A DNA stretch of 64,000 bases. Source: Selaginella moellendorffii (taxonomy: Eukaryota; Plantae; Lycopodiophyta). Under the pieces are notes generated by a model. That model had not been told where the DNA came from, did no database searches, and saw nothing but the letters and a program-made list of their open reading frames with translations. Of this stretch, positions 1-12,260 are shown piece by piece; the stretch's first letter is position 1; every line of letters starts with the position of its first letter. Location of the stretch: positions 404,156 through 468,155 of the forward strand of contig NW_003314376.1 of the NCBI RefSeq assembly GCF_000143415.4, read 5' to 3'. A program made the translations under genes and the position numbers.

Positions 1-189
1 TAGTTGCGAAGACGATAGAGTTGTCGCTGTGGAAATCTCTATCTGAAGGTCAACTTGATTGTCATCCTGAATCTCATCTTCCTCATGTCTTCTCTTTGAT
101 CCAACATCCTTCTCTTTTTGTAGTTGCTTCTATTTCTGAAAATAAAAAAAACTCATTATAAATTAAAAATGCATAAGAAGCAGGGACTT

Positions 190-870
190 TGGGGCATAGA
201 CTCGGCACAAGTGCCGGTTTGCCAGCGAACCAACCCTCCCCAAAGCGCCAAGTCCAAGTGCCCGGGCCAGGCACTTGGCACTGGCATTTGGCCCCCCCCC
301 CCAAGTGCGTTGGCCAGCCCGCCCCCAAGTGCCTTGGCCGGCCTGCCCCCAAGCGCCCACTGCCGAGTGCCCACCCCCAATTGCATTTGCCAGCTCGCAC
401 CAAATGCCCAATGCGGGCATTTGGCACAAGCATTTGGCCCAACCCCAAGTGCCTTGGCTGGCCCACCCCCAAGCACCTTTGCTGGCTCTGCGCTGAGTGC
501 CTGGACACTTGGCATGGGCACTTGGCACAGGCGCCGGTTCGCCAGCGTACCAATGGCCTGCCTGGGCGGAGTGCCCGACCAAATGCCCGGCCCGGGCACT
601 TGGCAGCGGCGCCGGCAGCACTGGGCACAGGGGCGACAGCACTAGGCACGTAGCGGTGGCACTGAGCTGGGCAGCGGTGGTGCTGGTCACGGCAGCGACG
701 GTGTTGGTCATGGTAGCGATGGTGCTGGGCAGCAGAAGTGCTGGGCACGGCAGTGGCAGTGCTGCGCAGCAGCGGCCCTGGGCAGTGGTGGTGCTGGGCG
801 TGGCGTGGCATGGGCGTGGCAGCGCTAGGCGCGGCGGCGTTGGGCGTGGCGTGGGAGTGGAGGAGAGGGA
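190..870. repeat. GC-rich array of short degenerate motifs (CCAAGTGCC/GGCACTTGG in both orientations; ~24-bp CCCCCAAGTGCCTTGGCCGGCCTG units; GGCAGTGG-type repeats)
   Basis: The motif recurs many times on both strands. There is a ~30-bp direct repeat, ggcacaagtgccggtttgccagcgaaccaa (~205) vs ggcacaggcgccggttcgccagcgtaccaa (~524). The overlapping ORFs here are low-complexity by-products. Confidence 0.75.
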
Positions 871-1032
871 GTGAAGGAGTAAAAAACTTACTCTTGGCAG
901 CATTCTGTTCGATGCTGGTGGATCCCGCAGTCACTCCCAACCTCCCACTCTAGTTTTTGTAAAACCCTAATGCCGGTGCAGCTGCCCTCTAATCCTAACC
1001 TAATGCTTTCATCACAGCCGTTCATCATGGAT

Positions 1033-1132
1033 NNNNNNNNNNNNNNNNNNNNNNNNNNNNNNNNNNNNNNNNNNNNNNNNNNNNNNNNNNNNNNNNNNNN
1101 NNNNNNNNNNNNNNNNNNNNNNNNNNNNNNNN
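1033..1132. other. assembly gap (100 N)
   Basis: Run of N; both flanks carry the same 8-mer tcatggat. Confidence 0.99.
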
Positions 1133-1574
1133 TCATGGATGCAGTAAATCTTCATTACATTCTGCAAATATTTGCTAGCAATGTACAATTTCTATTCCAT
1201 CCTAGATTTGATCACGTGACAATGTCCTTTTGAGTTGTAATTTAATAATGGAGGTGTGCTCTAATATGACTATGCCATAATGTGGAAATAATGTCACAGA
1301 CGCATGTGTTGAATTGATCACAGTACGGAATTATAAATGAGAATTATGTGTTTCTTACAAGTAATAGCATCTTGTTAGAAAATATAAGATTATTAAATCG
1401 TAAGGTGTTATTTCCAAAGCAATGTATATAGATAATTTACTATAGGTGATAGATGGTAGTATAAAGATGGAATATATTTAAATGAATTCAGAAGAATGTG
1501 ATGATTTCTAGCTTTAATGAAATACTGAAAATATGTACAATATTTAATTTGTTTGGCAACAATTGGTTGATGGT

Positions 1575-1845
1575 AGATCCTAGAATAAAATTATTCCTAT
1601 CTTTCATATTATGGCACATGCTTGAGGTGATATTTCTTTCTGTTCTACCAAAAGTTAGTCCATATAATAAATTTGAGCATGTTTTTGAATTCAATGTATA
1701 TAGACTTTTAATATTGTGCAACATAGTCCTATATACTTCATACAGAATTTATTATAAAAACATTATTTGATGTTAGATCCTAGAATAAAATCACCCTTTC
1801 TTTTCACATAATGGCATAGTACATGTTTGAGGTGATATTTCTTTA
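1575..1845 (+). repeat. ~65-bp imperfect direct repeat, two copies ~200 bp apart
   Basis: tagatcctagaataaaat...atggca...catg(c/t)ttgaggtgatatttcttt at ~1575 and ~1774. Confidence 0.8.
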
Positions 1846-1880
1846 TAAAAGTTCAGAGTTCCAAAACCTAAAACAACAAA

Positions 1881-4800
1881 ATGGAGAGTTTCCTTTTGCA
1901 TTACCAAGATCACCCACTGTTTTCTTTCTCCCAAAGTCTTATTTCAGAAAGTTTTCTTTGCCGACGTTTTGATCTTTCTCTCAGTTCTATTTCATTGGAG
2001 GCTGTGATTCACAATAACATTGGTGTAGTTGAACAATCAAAGTTTCTTCTTTCAGGTGTAGGTGAAGGTGGACAATATTGGGATTTGCAACATTCCAAGT
2101 CGAAGGAGATTCTAGTTTTTGGATCTCCAATCAAAGTGCGAGGCTGCGATCCTGCCAAAGTGAATGTGAAGCAAGAGTCGGTCGTCATCATTTCTTCCTC
2201 TTCTAGTTCTAGTGGAGATTTTAGTCCAATGCGAGCCAAGAATTTCCAAACTCCAACTTCACCGATATTCAAAGTTGTTTGCAATGCTTTCCAGTTTTCC
2301 CGCCTCTTTATCGACATGCGTTCCTTTCTGCATAGGCCTGTTAGTGAGCTCCCATCTACATACAATGGCAATATCTTCTTTGAACTACCACCTCTTGTTA
2401 GCTCAAAACGAAAGGGGATGGAAACGAAGCAGGACGTCCACAACTGGTGCAAGATCAAGACTACACATTTCCAGCATTTCGAAGGCATAGTGTCTATGGT
2501 TCATTATGGTGGGTATTTGGATTGTGTGAATAAAGCATGCAATCAAGAGTGTGGTAAAAACTCCATATTTTTTAAAGGATCTGCAACCAATCCTCCCATC
2601 TGTGACACCATTGGTGTTGGATTTAAGTATCGATTTTGCAAGAATGCTCCATTGTGTCGTGCCATCTATGGGGCCAAGATATACTATTTTCTTCCATAGG
2701 ATGGAGAGGTTAGTAGAGCTGCAGTATATATTGGCACGCACACACATCCAATGCAAGAAGGGATACAAAGGAGTTCAGTCAACCGTTTCAAAGATGGAGT
2801 GCAAATAGAGACTGTGAGAAACTCATCTGCAACTCCGAAGCATGTTCAAAAGACAGTGATCAAGGATTTTATCACAAGCACTTTACTTGATCCGAACTAC
2901 AAGAATACTCAACTGGAAGAGACTAGCTTGTGGGAGTTACTATGACATGTGCAACCTGCAACTAGCCTTAGAAGGTATAAAAATATTATTACATACTTTT
3001 CAATAATATCTCTCTGGATGTGTGAATCTCAAGAGGGGAAACTCCAATAAAAAATCCACTCAATCTTTGAACTAAAACGGACTTGTCCCTACGAGTTTAT
3101 CCATGGAAGTTTATTTTTAGATCAAGTTGTTAATGAGCAAGAGCGCCCCTTCGTTTTCAAAATGTCTACCATAGGCCTTGCCTCTGGTGTGGATCTTATT
3201 TCCCGAATGGATATGTCTAGGTCGAGTGACCTTGCTAATGCATGGGTACATTTGACCATATGGAGTGGGTGGCAGGTTGGATAACCATGGGAGCTCATGT
3301 GTATGATCCGAGGTAAGTTTTTTTCTCATTATCTTAAAATGGTTTTAAGTAATACCCTTTTCACAGATTATGTTGTAACTTGACAATTGCAACAGCAGAG
3401 TTTAAAGTACAAAACCAGATGGCTCAAGAAATATTTTGGAAGTCCCTCTCCGACATTATATTAAAGCGGACTGGTAAGTCTACCAACTTTCGCAATTTCA
3501 TGGCAGATGGGGCTGGGGCTAATTGGAATGTTGTCCCAGCAGTCTTTGGGAATGGTCAACCCTTAGAAGGTCGTGAGAGGACTTGTGAGTTCCATTAGGG
3601 TCAGAGCCTAAACCAACACTGCCACCTTATCAAGCCAGATTTCTAATTAGCATTCAAGGAGTTGTGCAAACAATGGCAAGCTGCACCTTCTAAAGAAGAG
3701 CATAAGGCAAAAGCAAACGAGATCCGAATGTGGTGGCGTGAAGATGGCCATATTGACGTAAATTGTCTACCACAACTTGAGTCGTGGTTGGGGTGGTGGG
3801 AAGTTAGAATGTTTCAATAGGGACATCACTCTTTTCAAGTTGGTTTTTCTTTTTTTTCACTCTTTTTATTGCTTTTTGATATCATCTTTTTATAAGGATC
3901 AACCACTTGAGGATCTTGCATACACCCTAACTATGAATCTTCAGAGANNNNNNNNNNNNNNNNNNNNNNNNNNNNNNNNNNNNNNNNNNNNNNNNNNNNN
4001 NNNNNNNNNNNNNNNNNNNNNNNNNNNNNNNNNNNNNNNNNNNNNNNCACGTTGTAGAGCAGCCTTCAAAAGCCTTAGCATTTAAGGAAGGAAGATACAT
4101 GGGAACAGGACCTTTGGTTGAGATATTACACAATCATAGGAAGAAGAAAGTGACTCCACTAGCACGAACAGGGGCAACTACAGTGGAGGAAGTGGTCCGT
4201 AGCACATCTATGGAGTATACTCCCTAGGCTTCTATTAGTGATATGAAGACCGTCCACTCAAAGCGTCGCTTTTCCTTTGCTAGTGAAGATGTTGGCATGG
4301 ATCTTGGAGCAAAAAGCTCTCACAGGCCTGATGTTGAGTATCATTCTGCTCCAAGACATCGCCCCCGAACTGAGCCACCTCAAGTGGCTGATGAAGAAAG
4401 TGCATCACAGCAAGTTGAAATTGCTTATTGTAACGTGGAGCCGAAGTAATGGGCAATTCGTCAAGTGCCAGCAAAATCAAATGTAATGTGTGTAGGGATG
4501 CTTGTGAGGGGCAAGTGTTGGGCTTGGATTTGTGGTGATAAATTTTCTTCTATTCCAGCCCCATGTTTCTATGAGGAACGAAAGCAAGTAGGATTCTCAA
4601 GATGGTGTTGGTTATATTGCTGCAACACTGATGTTAACCATACAAAGTGGCTTGAAGACACTATAGTGACTAAACCTGATGTAGTACCTAAAGAATGGCC
4701 AATTGCTAATGGGGTTGCGCTCACCTCGGATGAGATTGAAAACCTTGAGAAATCTGGTTTCAATCTTGAAAGGAGAGTTGGAAACATAAATGATAAAACT

Positions 4801-5090
4801 AGGATTGTTCCTACAGAGATGCATAGGAGGCCAGCGAGAAAAGGTAAGGCAATTAAATTTATTGGTACTGTCTCCAAGCAGAAGCAAGGTAAAATAAACT
4901 TGGCTCATCCTTTTTGCACATGTCTAGACTTTACGAAGCGCAAGGAACATGGGAAGGCATATGCTCCTTGCAAGCATATGTACTACATCTTCATCAACAT
5001 TTTGCACTAGGATCCTAAAGTGGATATTCATATACACCAAGCAAGCCTTACTATTACCAAGTTGCAAAAAACTTTTGGAGCTAATTAGAT
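1881..5090 (+). mobile_element. decayed Mutator-like (MULE) transposase pseudogene with N-terminal WRKY/GCM-like Zn finger, DDE core and C-terminal SWIM Zn finger
   Basis: Motifs read across frames: DVHNW..C..C..GTHTHP; DHMEWVAGWITMGAHVYDP, then intron 3313-3366 (GTAAG..CACAG), then LTIATAEF..QEIFW; FMADGAGANW..ERTCEFH (MULE D..CxxH); CTCLDF..CKH (SWIM). Multiple stops and frameshifts. Confidence 0.7.
3948..4047. other. assembly gap (100 N)
   Basis: Run of N inside the transposase remnant. Confidence 0.99.
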
Positions 5091-6779
5091 TTATCAGCAC
5101 TATCGATGTTTATTCTCTATCAATAATATAAATTAATTATACCTTATATAAATAATAAAAATATTTTATTATTTCACTTTTCATTTCATATACTTGCGAG
5201 GGTTCTTTTCACAATATTACCCATAGTATTCATCAGTTTCCATTTTTGTCTTTACCATTTCAAAAAATATTGCATGGTAGTCTTTCGGGTGCATGATATT
5301 GCAATATATTGTGAGAGCATATGTACCATTATAGTTGTTTTCTTTTCCTTTCAAATGGTTATATGACCTTATATAGAATCATAATTCAAATTTAATAATT
5401 TTAAAATTCTGACGAACCTGACATTTACTAGCTAGAAAGCACAGAGTACAAATTTAAAGAAGTGACAAGAATACTCTTTTTACAAATATTTTATTTTATG
5501 TTCTAACAAAAGTCTCTATTATTGCATGTAGTAAATATTTAAATTATTAGAATAAGAAGTGTCCTTTAGAATATTTTTATCTATATAATATATAGAGAGT
5601 TATGAAATTATTATGTTCGCCATAACTTTAAAATTTTAAAGTTTATAATGTTTATACTAAATTACAATTGAAAATTGAGCTTAACTCGTGAACTCAACTC
5701 TTCAGCTCATAAGCTCAAATATGATCCATGCTCTCATTGACGAAATCACAAACATTAATCCCACTAGTGGTAGTGATTGTCAAACTCTACTACTGTCTAA
5801 CTTCAGTTTTTTGGTCCCTCCACAGTTGGGTGTGTCAAAGTTGTCCCTTTTGGAGGATTTCCTTTTTAAGGGTTTTTTCATGCTTGGCAGTCTTCAAAAT
5901 TCGTCATATATTCTAAAAAAATGAATATACTTTTTATATACCTTGCAAAATATATAAATATAAAGGTATTTTAAATATGTGAGTGCGTGGAGGATTTCCT
6001 GGAAGGACCAAAGCTAATTGACATTCCATTTACCTAGTAGTGGTTCCTAAGTGGTATGTTTTGTAGCACTTCAGTATGGGAAATCGATCTCCAGTGACAA
6101 TGTGCGGTGGTTGGACTTGGGTTGCTAGTCCAGAAGACTTAGAGCAATAATATCCTAAACCATTTTCTTGCTACATAAGATGGAGTCCACTATGCTTTTG
6201 CCACCACTGGGATTTCCCCTTAGAGTGAGTCAGGATTCCCAAGTAAATTTCCATACCATGCATACGATGCATTTTTATCTCTGGAACAGAGACAAACCCA
6301 ATCCCAAGTGTCCTGTAACATTCCAAAACAGGACTCACAGTCGATTGTAGACATTCTATGGGTGTTAGAGTGTTTTTCCTGAGCAAAGAGTTTCATTGTG
6401 AAGGGCTGGTTTGTGATTCAGGAATCAATGGCAATTGAAATATGCCTATGCTTCCTGTCATACAGCACAAGTCTGAATCAAGAAGCAAACCACACTTTGG
6501 AAAAAGAAAGATAGAATCACACACCATAAAAGCCTAAAAGCTCTACTCAGGGTCAAGAAGCACTCCACACCTAGGAAAGACAAAGAGAATGCGATTAATG
6601 GCCTTAAGCCTCCTTGTCAGCAGTGTCATCGCCATAGCTTGGGAAGCCTAGCCTATTGTTGGAGGTTATTGGCCTTGGTGGTAGGATATCCAACCCATTT
6701 CTTGTGTTAACCCTTGCCTCAACTTCTGGTGATGGATATATGGTTACCAAGCAAAGTGTAATTCCTTTGCTTTGTTTAG

Positions 6780-7130
6780 GAGCTCCGTCTGGGTCTGCAG
6801 CTCCTGGGATGTTAGAGCACTCTAAGGCCTGTCTCCTCCAAGAAAAGGAACACATAGTGCTCAGCTAGCTTGGGAGCTGCAGTGCCGCTACAGATGGACT
6901 ACACAGTGCACCAAACCTTGGTCCATTCAACATTGCTCATGTTTGCTGCTACATGGGTAAGCCAGTCTATGACTGACTTGGGCTTCTCCCTCTGCCTCCT
7001 CAATCTTGGGGGTCTCCTTCTGCTGCTTCTTCTCTTTGGTTTCCATGGAGTATGGTGAGGGAGAATATTGGTAGCAGTGACGAGAGCAAGAGTATCTGTG
7101 GAGGGTGGGATTTGGACTTGTGGCACCATG
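6780..7130 (-). pseudogene. possible BED-type zinc-finger remnant of a hAT/DUF659-like transposon
   Basis: DWLTHV..EWTKVWCTV*SICSGTAAPKLAEH then (shifted frame) LECSNIP resembles the BED pattern W-x-H-V..WC-xx-C..H. Contains an in-frame stop. Confidence 0.3.
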
Positions 7131-9574
7131 ACTTAGTTCTATGGCTGATATTCAAGAGATACATTGTGCCAGGGTAGGAGGTAGGCAATCATATTGTCTC
7201 CTTGCTTGGATTCCACAATAGTTTGTAGTTGCATACTATTGGCATCAATGATTTGCAGGTGCTTACTGATGAGCCTGTTCATGGACATTTATAAAGTGGA
7301 ATTCTGAAAAATTCCACTTTTTTACTTCAAAGTTTATAAAAATCATAGAATTTTAGGGAAGCTTGCAAGACACTCGTAAGGAATGGAAGGCTTGGACATC
7401 CCATGCTTTATAGTTTTAGGGATTAGCTCGCAGTGCTGATGAAGGCACATGGCAATGGTACTGTGGCAATGGCCGTGACAGTTAGCCATGGCAGTGGCAT
7501 TGGTGGCAGCGTGAGATCCACCGGTGGCGCTTGGGCAGGAGGTGATGCTCATGCATTTGGCTATGGCAGTGGCAATGTAGGCAGCAGCATAAGATCCAGC
7601 TGTAGGACTCGACCTGCAGATGTGGATTTGGCCGTGAGGGATTTCAAGGTCTAGGACTATGTTAGAGATCAAGTATTGGTGTTTTTTTGTTCCTCTATTT
7701 GCTTGGACCTCGAGTCCAGGTGCCTAAGGTGCCATAATTTTGAAATAAACATTCTTCCAAAAGTTCAAAAAACATTTTTGGAACAAAAATTCTAGAAAAA
7801 AAAATGATTAAAGTTTAGTGAATTTTAATTTGCTCCAATTGAATTTTTTATGGAACTTTTTATATAATTCCCCATGTGCTTGGGTATACAGCCATAGGAT
7901 CACAGGGTATAATAGGCTTTTGCTTGCTATGGTTTTGTCCTTTATATGACAAGGTGTTTAGTGAATCATAAATAGGTTTTTCTTGACTAAACAATGCCAT
8001 CAAGCTAAGAGTGAACTTCAAGGGTGAGCTTAGAATTAGAAAAGTCTGATATGCAAGTTGCACAAGAACAATGGCACTAAAAGAGAGTTTGTTTTTCTAG
8101 TCCCTTACATAATAAGGGATATATAAAAATCGATCAGGAAAACCTTGGAGCTCTCTTGATCCTAGTGATGGTTGAAGATTCAGCTGCTGCAATCCTCATG
8201 CTTGGGTGATTGATATATATTTCTTAGAAATAGAAGAAGGTGATATAAGACACAAGGAAAATTGCTAGGCCCTAGTACCTAATTTTGTTCTTGTGGGCAT
8301 GAGAAGATGCTTTGAAATTCAATGACACCCTTGAACATCTTGCTCCCACAACATAGAATGCACGTTTCACAAAAAATTGAAAGCTTACAAACCTTTTCTG
8401 TAAATGCATAACTTCTTATTATCATTAATTAGATCAAGATTATGCACAAGATCAAAACAATATTTAAGTACAAGTTAATAAAACAATATTCTTGGTTAAA
8501 AATAAAAAGAACTAATAAGTCCATGTTTAATTATATTTAAAATTATTATAATATTAAGGTAGGTGATATTTAAATAAATTAAAAAACAAAATAAATAAAT
8601 AAAAATTATACTGGCTAGAATTTATCCTTCCTCTAGCGACATAATCTAGAATGCTAAGTGATGGTATGATTAATGCTATAAGGGTCAGATTCAGATACTC
8701 AACAACACATCTGGGATGAAGAGAGTTATGGTGTTAGGGCATGTTTCTGTATATGTAAGACCAAAATAGCTCTTGATTTGCCATATGATTTGTAGATGTG
8801 TAAAAGTGATCCTGATTTCTTTCTCTAAAATCAACAGGATCCAAGTATTGTGATGTGGATTTTTTTTCTAAGATAGCACGAGCAAGCCATAAGCATAATT
8901 GGCAGTAAAGAATATAAGAAGAATGATCACTTGTATAAATGTTATTCTTACATCCCAATTCATAATTTGATGCTATTTTATATTTAATAAGTTTTAAGGG
9001 GGAAAAAACATTTCATTAGGGTTAAAAAAGAGGAGTTTAATATAAAGAAAAGTAAGGGTTTAGAAACATGCTGGATTTAAACAGAATGCATAAAATAAGA
9101 AAGAAAATATAAGAAGGAACAACATAAGACACAATGAGGAATCATCATTAGTATTCTACTTTTAGAAATTCGCTATGTATAATATTCCATCCTTAGTATA
9201 TTCCATCTTAATGAGTATTGACTAAAGTGATATGAGTGGATTAGTGACAAGAAAGAAAATTAAACCCTTTATTTTTCTCTAACCTGAATTATCCTATTAC
9301 AATAAATATATTTTTTGTTCTAAGAAAATTTAAAAGTTTATATAAGAAAGAAGTGCTAAAATAAAACACACACTATATTACTAATGCGATGGCAAGGCTT
9401 AGAGACTATTATATAGGGTTACAAAACTCAAGAAAAACCTACTAGATATTGATGTTTATAATAAAATAAGAAAGTAAAAATATAAATTTATTTTAAAGAA
9501 TGATCCAAAAAGGACAGAAGTTTCTTTATATCTAAAAAGTTTCACTTTTATTCTGCATAAAGATAATAAATAAA

Positions 9575-9830
9575 ATGTTAAAAGAATATGAGTTTTGATA
9601 ATTATAGATGCAACATATCTAATTTTAAATATATAATAGGGAATAAAAAAGTTTTATAAATATGTTATAAATATAATTTATGAACTAAAATATAAACTAG
9701 TTGCAATTAATTTTGGTAGAGGTTCTGCCCTTTTGTTATTCCTCATTTAGGAGGTAGTATAATGATATTTATTTATTTAATACGGTTTATAGTTGATAAG
9801 TATCCCTGATTATGTACATAAAATCATATT
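9575..9830 (+). pseudogene. degenerate inverted partial copy of the 5' half of the neighbouring lectin-fusion gene
   Basis: Matches the coding strand of 10353-11242 at aatgttaaaag (start context), att(a/g)attttggtagaggttctgc and cctgattatgta. Confidence 0.6.
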
Positions 9831-10352
9831 TCAGTGGAATTGTAAAAGGTCCTTTTAACTAAAAATAAAAAAATTGTGACATTGCTTCCTTAATATTGGC
9901 ATTTCAAAAACTAAATTAAACAGTAGTTAATTTTAATTTTATGAAATGGTAAAAATATAGTTTTTTTACATTAAAAATATATAGTTTCATTTATTCTGGT
10001 AAAATTATTATATTTAAATAAAGAAAACAGAATTTATAATTATTCATTTAAACCAATTATTCAAGAGAATGATAGTTTTCTATACTATTTTTATAATAAT
10101 TCATAATAATTATAATTTAGTAATGTATGAAACATCTAACACCAAGTAATGTATAGTGGGCAGGAAATTAAAATTGGTTGTTTAACTACTTGATACCAAA
10201 ATTTAAATTCCAAAACTTATAATGAATTTATATTTATGGCTTGGTACTTTATGGTCATTATTGATAGTATTGTGTTGTTTTTTTTATTTAACTTAAATTT
10301 GCAAATATCATATAAACTTAATTCTTAAAAAAGAAATCTAATTTCTGATTAT

Positions 10353-11242
10353 TTACATTAAGCAATTGGTATGACCTTGAGTATCACTTGCCCACCAAAC
10401 AATATTAGGTGATTTTGCTTCATAGATAACTAAGTTACAATCATATCGAATTGTAATAAAAGTTAGAAATAAACATATTTCTGAATGACAATGTTTATTT
10501 ATAGACCATAATGGTTTATTTTTTTCTGTATATAACACAAAATTACCATATTTGTGAAGAATAAGCTTACATATGTTGTTATAAATTTCATTATTTGAAG
10601 ATTTCCATAACATATTCTTACCAGAGTATAATCCAATTATACAATTAGAATGTAGGAAAAGTAAATTCTTCCCATTTGGTGATATTAGAAATTGATCATT
10701 ATGTAAAACACAATTTTGAAATCCAGCATACAAAGTAGAAATATGAGTATCACAATTATATTTGTTTCGATAAGTAAAATTGATTTTGTACTTATATGCA
10801 CTTACAGAACTAGTATTATTCCACCAATAAAATGCATCATAAACAATTTCATATTTCTTTGAAGTTATCTTTACATAATCAGGACAACCATCTTTTATAT
10901 CATTTGTATAAGCACCAATTAAATCTCTTAAACCAGCTCTTAATGTACCGCCATTAATACTTCTTTTTGATTCTTTACCAGTTGAACACTTTGGAGGGTT
11001 ACCATCCATATGGCGAACACCTACAAGAGCAGAACCTCTACCAAAATCAATAGCTATTAAATCACCATAATTTATAGAATATAATTTTCTCTTTGTTGTA
11101 ATTATATTTCTCAAAAGAGTGTTAAAACCATAATTATATTTATTTCATGTTCAGATAATGTATTATTTTCTCCCCATTCTAAATTATCACGTATTGCAAC
11201 TGTATTGAAAACAAATATAAATAAAATGATGCCTTTTAACAT
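10353..11242 (-). pseudogene. secreted protein: signal peptide + pro-region + unknown ~110-aa domain + C-terminal bulb-type (GNA/B-) lectin domain; one frameshift near 11135
   Basis: ATG at 11242 gives MLKGIILFIFVFNTVA (signal peptide-like). That frame stops at ~11110, while the lectin frame runs 11114-10353. The C-terminus LISPNG..LWKSS..CKLILHKYGNFVLY..PLWS..RYDCNLVIY..VWWASDT is the QxDxNxVxY/LWxS-type bulb-lectin repeat pattern. Confidence 0.7.
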
Positions 11243-11404
11243 TTAACTTATTCTGAACTATTTAAAGAATAATTTAAATAATATATATAGTAATATAATC
11301 TTAACGTATATTAAAATAAAAAGTATGACGCTTTTAGAAAGATAATATACTTTATACCATCATGAAAAGTGTTCGCGTAAAATGTTCTTATAGCAGCATA
11401 GGTG

Positions 11405-11890
11405 GCGTGGACGACGCAAGTGAAACGATGCCTTGCTCTGAATGAGGCAACGTGTACAGCCATGATTGCGGCATATGGTTTAGCACCTTCGGAGGCTGGG
11501 GAGCTCTTCTGGTGTCTTTCAACCGAGGCCGTGTGCCTCTCACTGCTCAACCTTTGCTAAGTGACTTAGATCGAGCAGCCCATGTTGCAGAGCGTTTGTT
11601 CCAGCTCCACGGCCTGGTGCGAAACTCTCAGGCACTGGTGATGCTGTCGAGCATTTCCTCGTCCGCTGGGAGGGACAAACTCGAGGATGGCTTCGTTGGA
11701 GACGCTCCCTTCAAGGAGTCAGAGATTTTCATCGAGATTGACAAGGTGGTGCATGAATTCACTGCTGGAGATGGATCGTCTCATTCCAGGGCTGAAGAGA
11801 TCTGGCGAGAGATTGCTAGATGTGAACGTCGCCACCACAGTGAGATGCTAGCATTCGGTATCCACCAGGCACGAGTAGTGCTCCTGGAGT
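11405..11890 (+). pseudogene. PPR (E/E+ region) gene fragment
   Basis: TAMIAAYG..; DLDRAAHVAERLFQL; IFIEIDKVVHEFTAGDGSSHSRAEEIW (E+ motif). Discontinuous. Confidence 0.65.
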
Positions 11891-11899
11891 GAAGTTTGT

Positions 11900-12260
11900 G
11901 TAGTCTTCACGGATGGACAAGAGCTGCGAGACGCGATCGAGCAAAGGATGCTCACGAAGCTACTGTCGTTGGAGTGATGCCCAGTGACGCCTTCCAAGTT
12001 CATGTAAAGCTCCATGGCCTGTGTGTCGTGGCCACGTTGGGCGTAAGCTGCGATCATCGTGTTCCAGGCTCGTATCCGGCAACGGTGATTCTCTTGTGGC
12101 TTGGCCTCCTCCAAACATCCACGGGCATGCTGATGAAGGTGACGGTGATCCGGCCTCACTCCTTCCAGCTCCAAAGATCCGAAACGCGTCTCGCTCTCGA
12201 CCATTTTGAGCGCAGGCCGCGATAAGAGCACTCCAAGCCACCACTGTTCTCTACGGCATC
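11900..12260 (-). pseudogene. PPR gene fragment
   Basis: VAWSALIAACAQNG; AWNTMIAAYAQRGH..AMELYM..LEGV..DSSFVSIL, in shifting frames. Confidence 0.7.

Noticed and set aside
190-620. Possible CRISPR-like repeat-spacer array
   Set aside because: The repeats are short, degenerate, in both orientations and irregularly spaced; the context is eukaryotic and there are no cas genes.
83-953. Several long overlapping ORFs (up to 285 aa) on both strands
   Set aside because: They arise from a GC-rich, stop-poor repeat array and show no domain-like content.
1025-1140. 8-bp duplication tcatggat flanking the first N run, resembling a TSD
   Set aside because: It borders an assembly gap and is more simply explained by contig overlap.
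7262-7300. CTGATGAG as a hammerhead ribozyme core
   Set aside because: There is no correctly placed GAAA and no closing stems; the same applies to the reverse-strand hit at ~31670.
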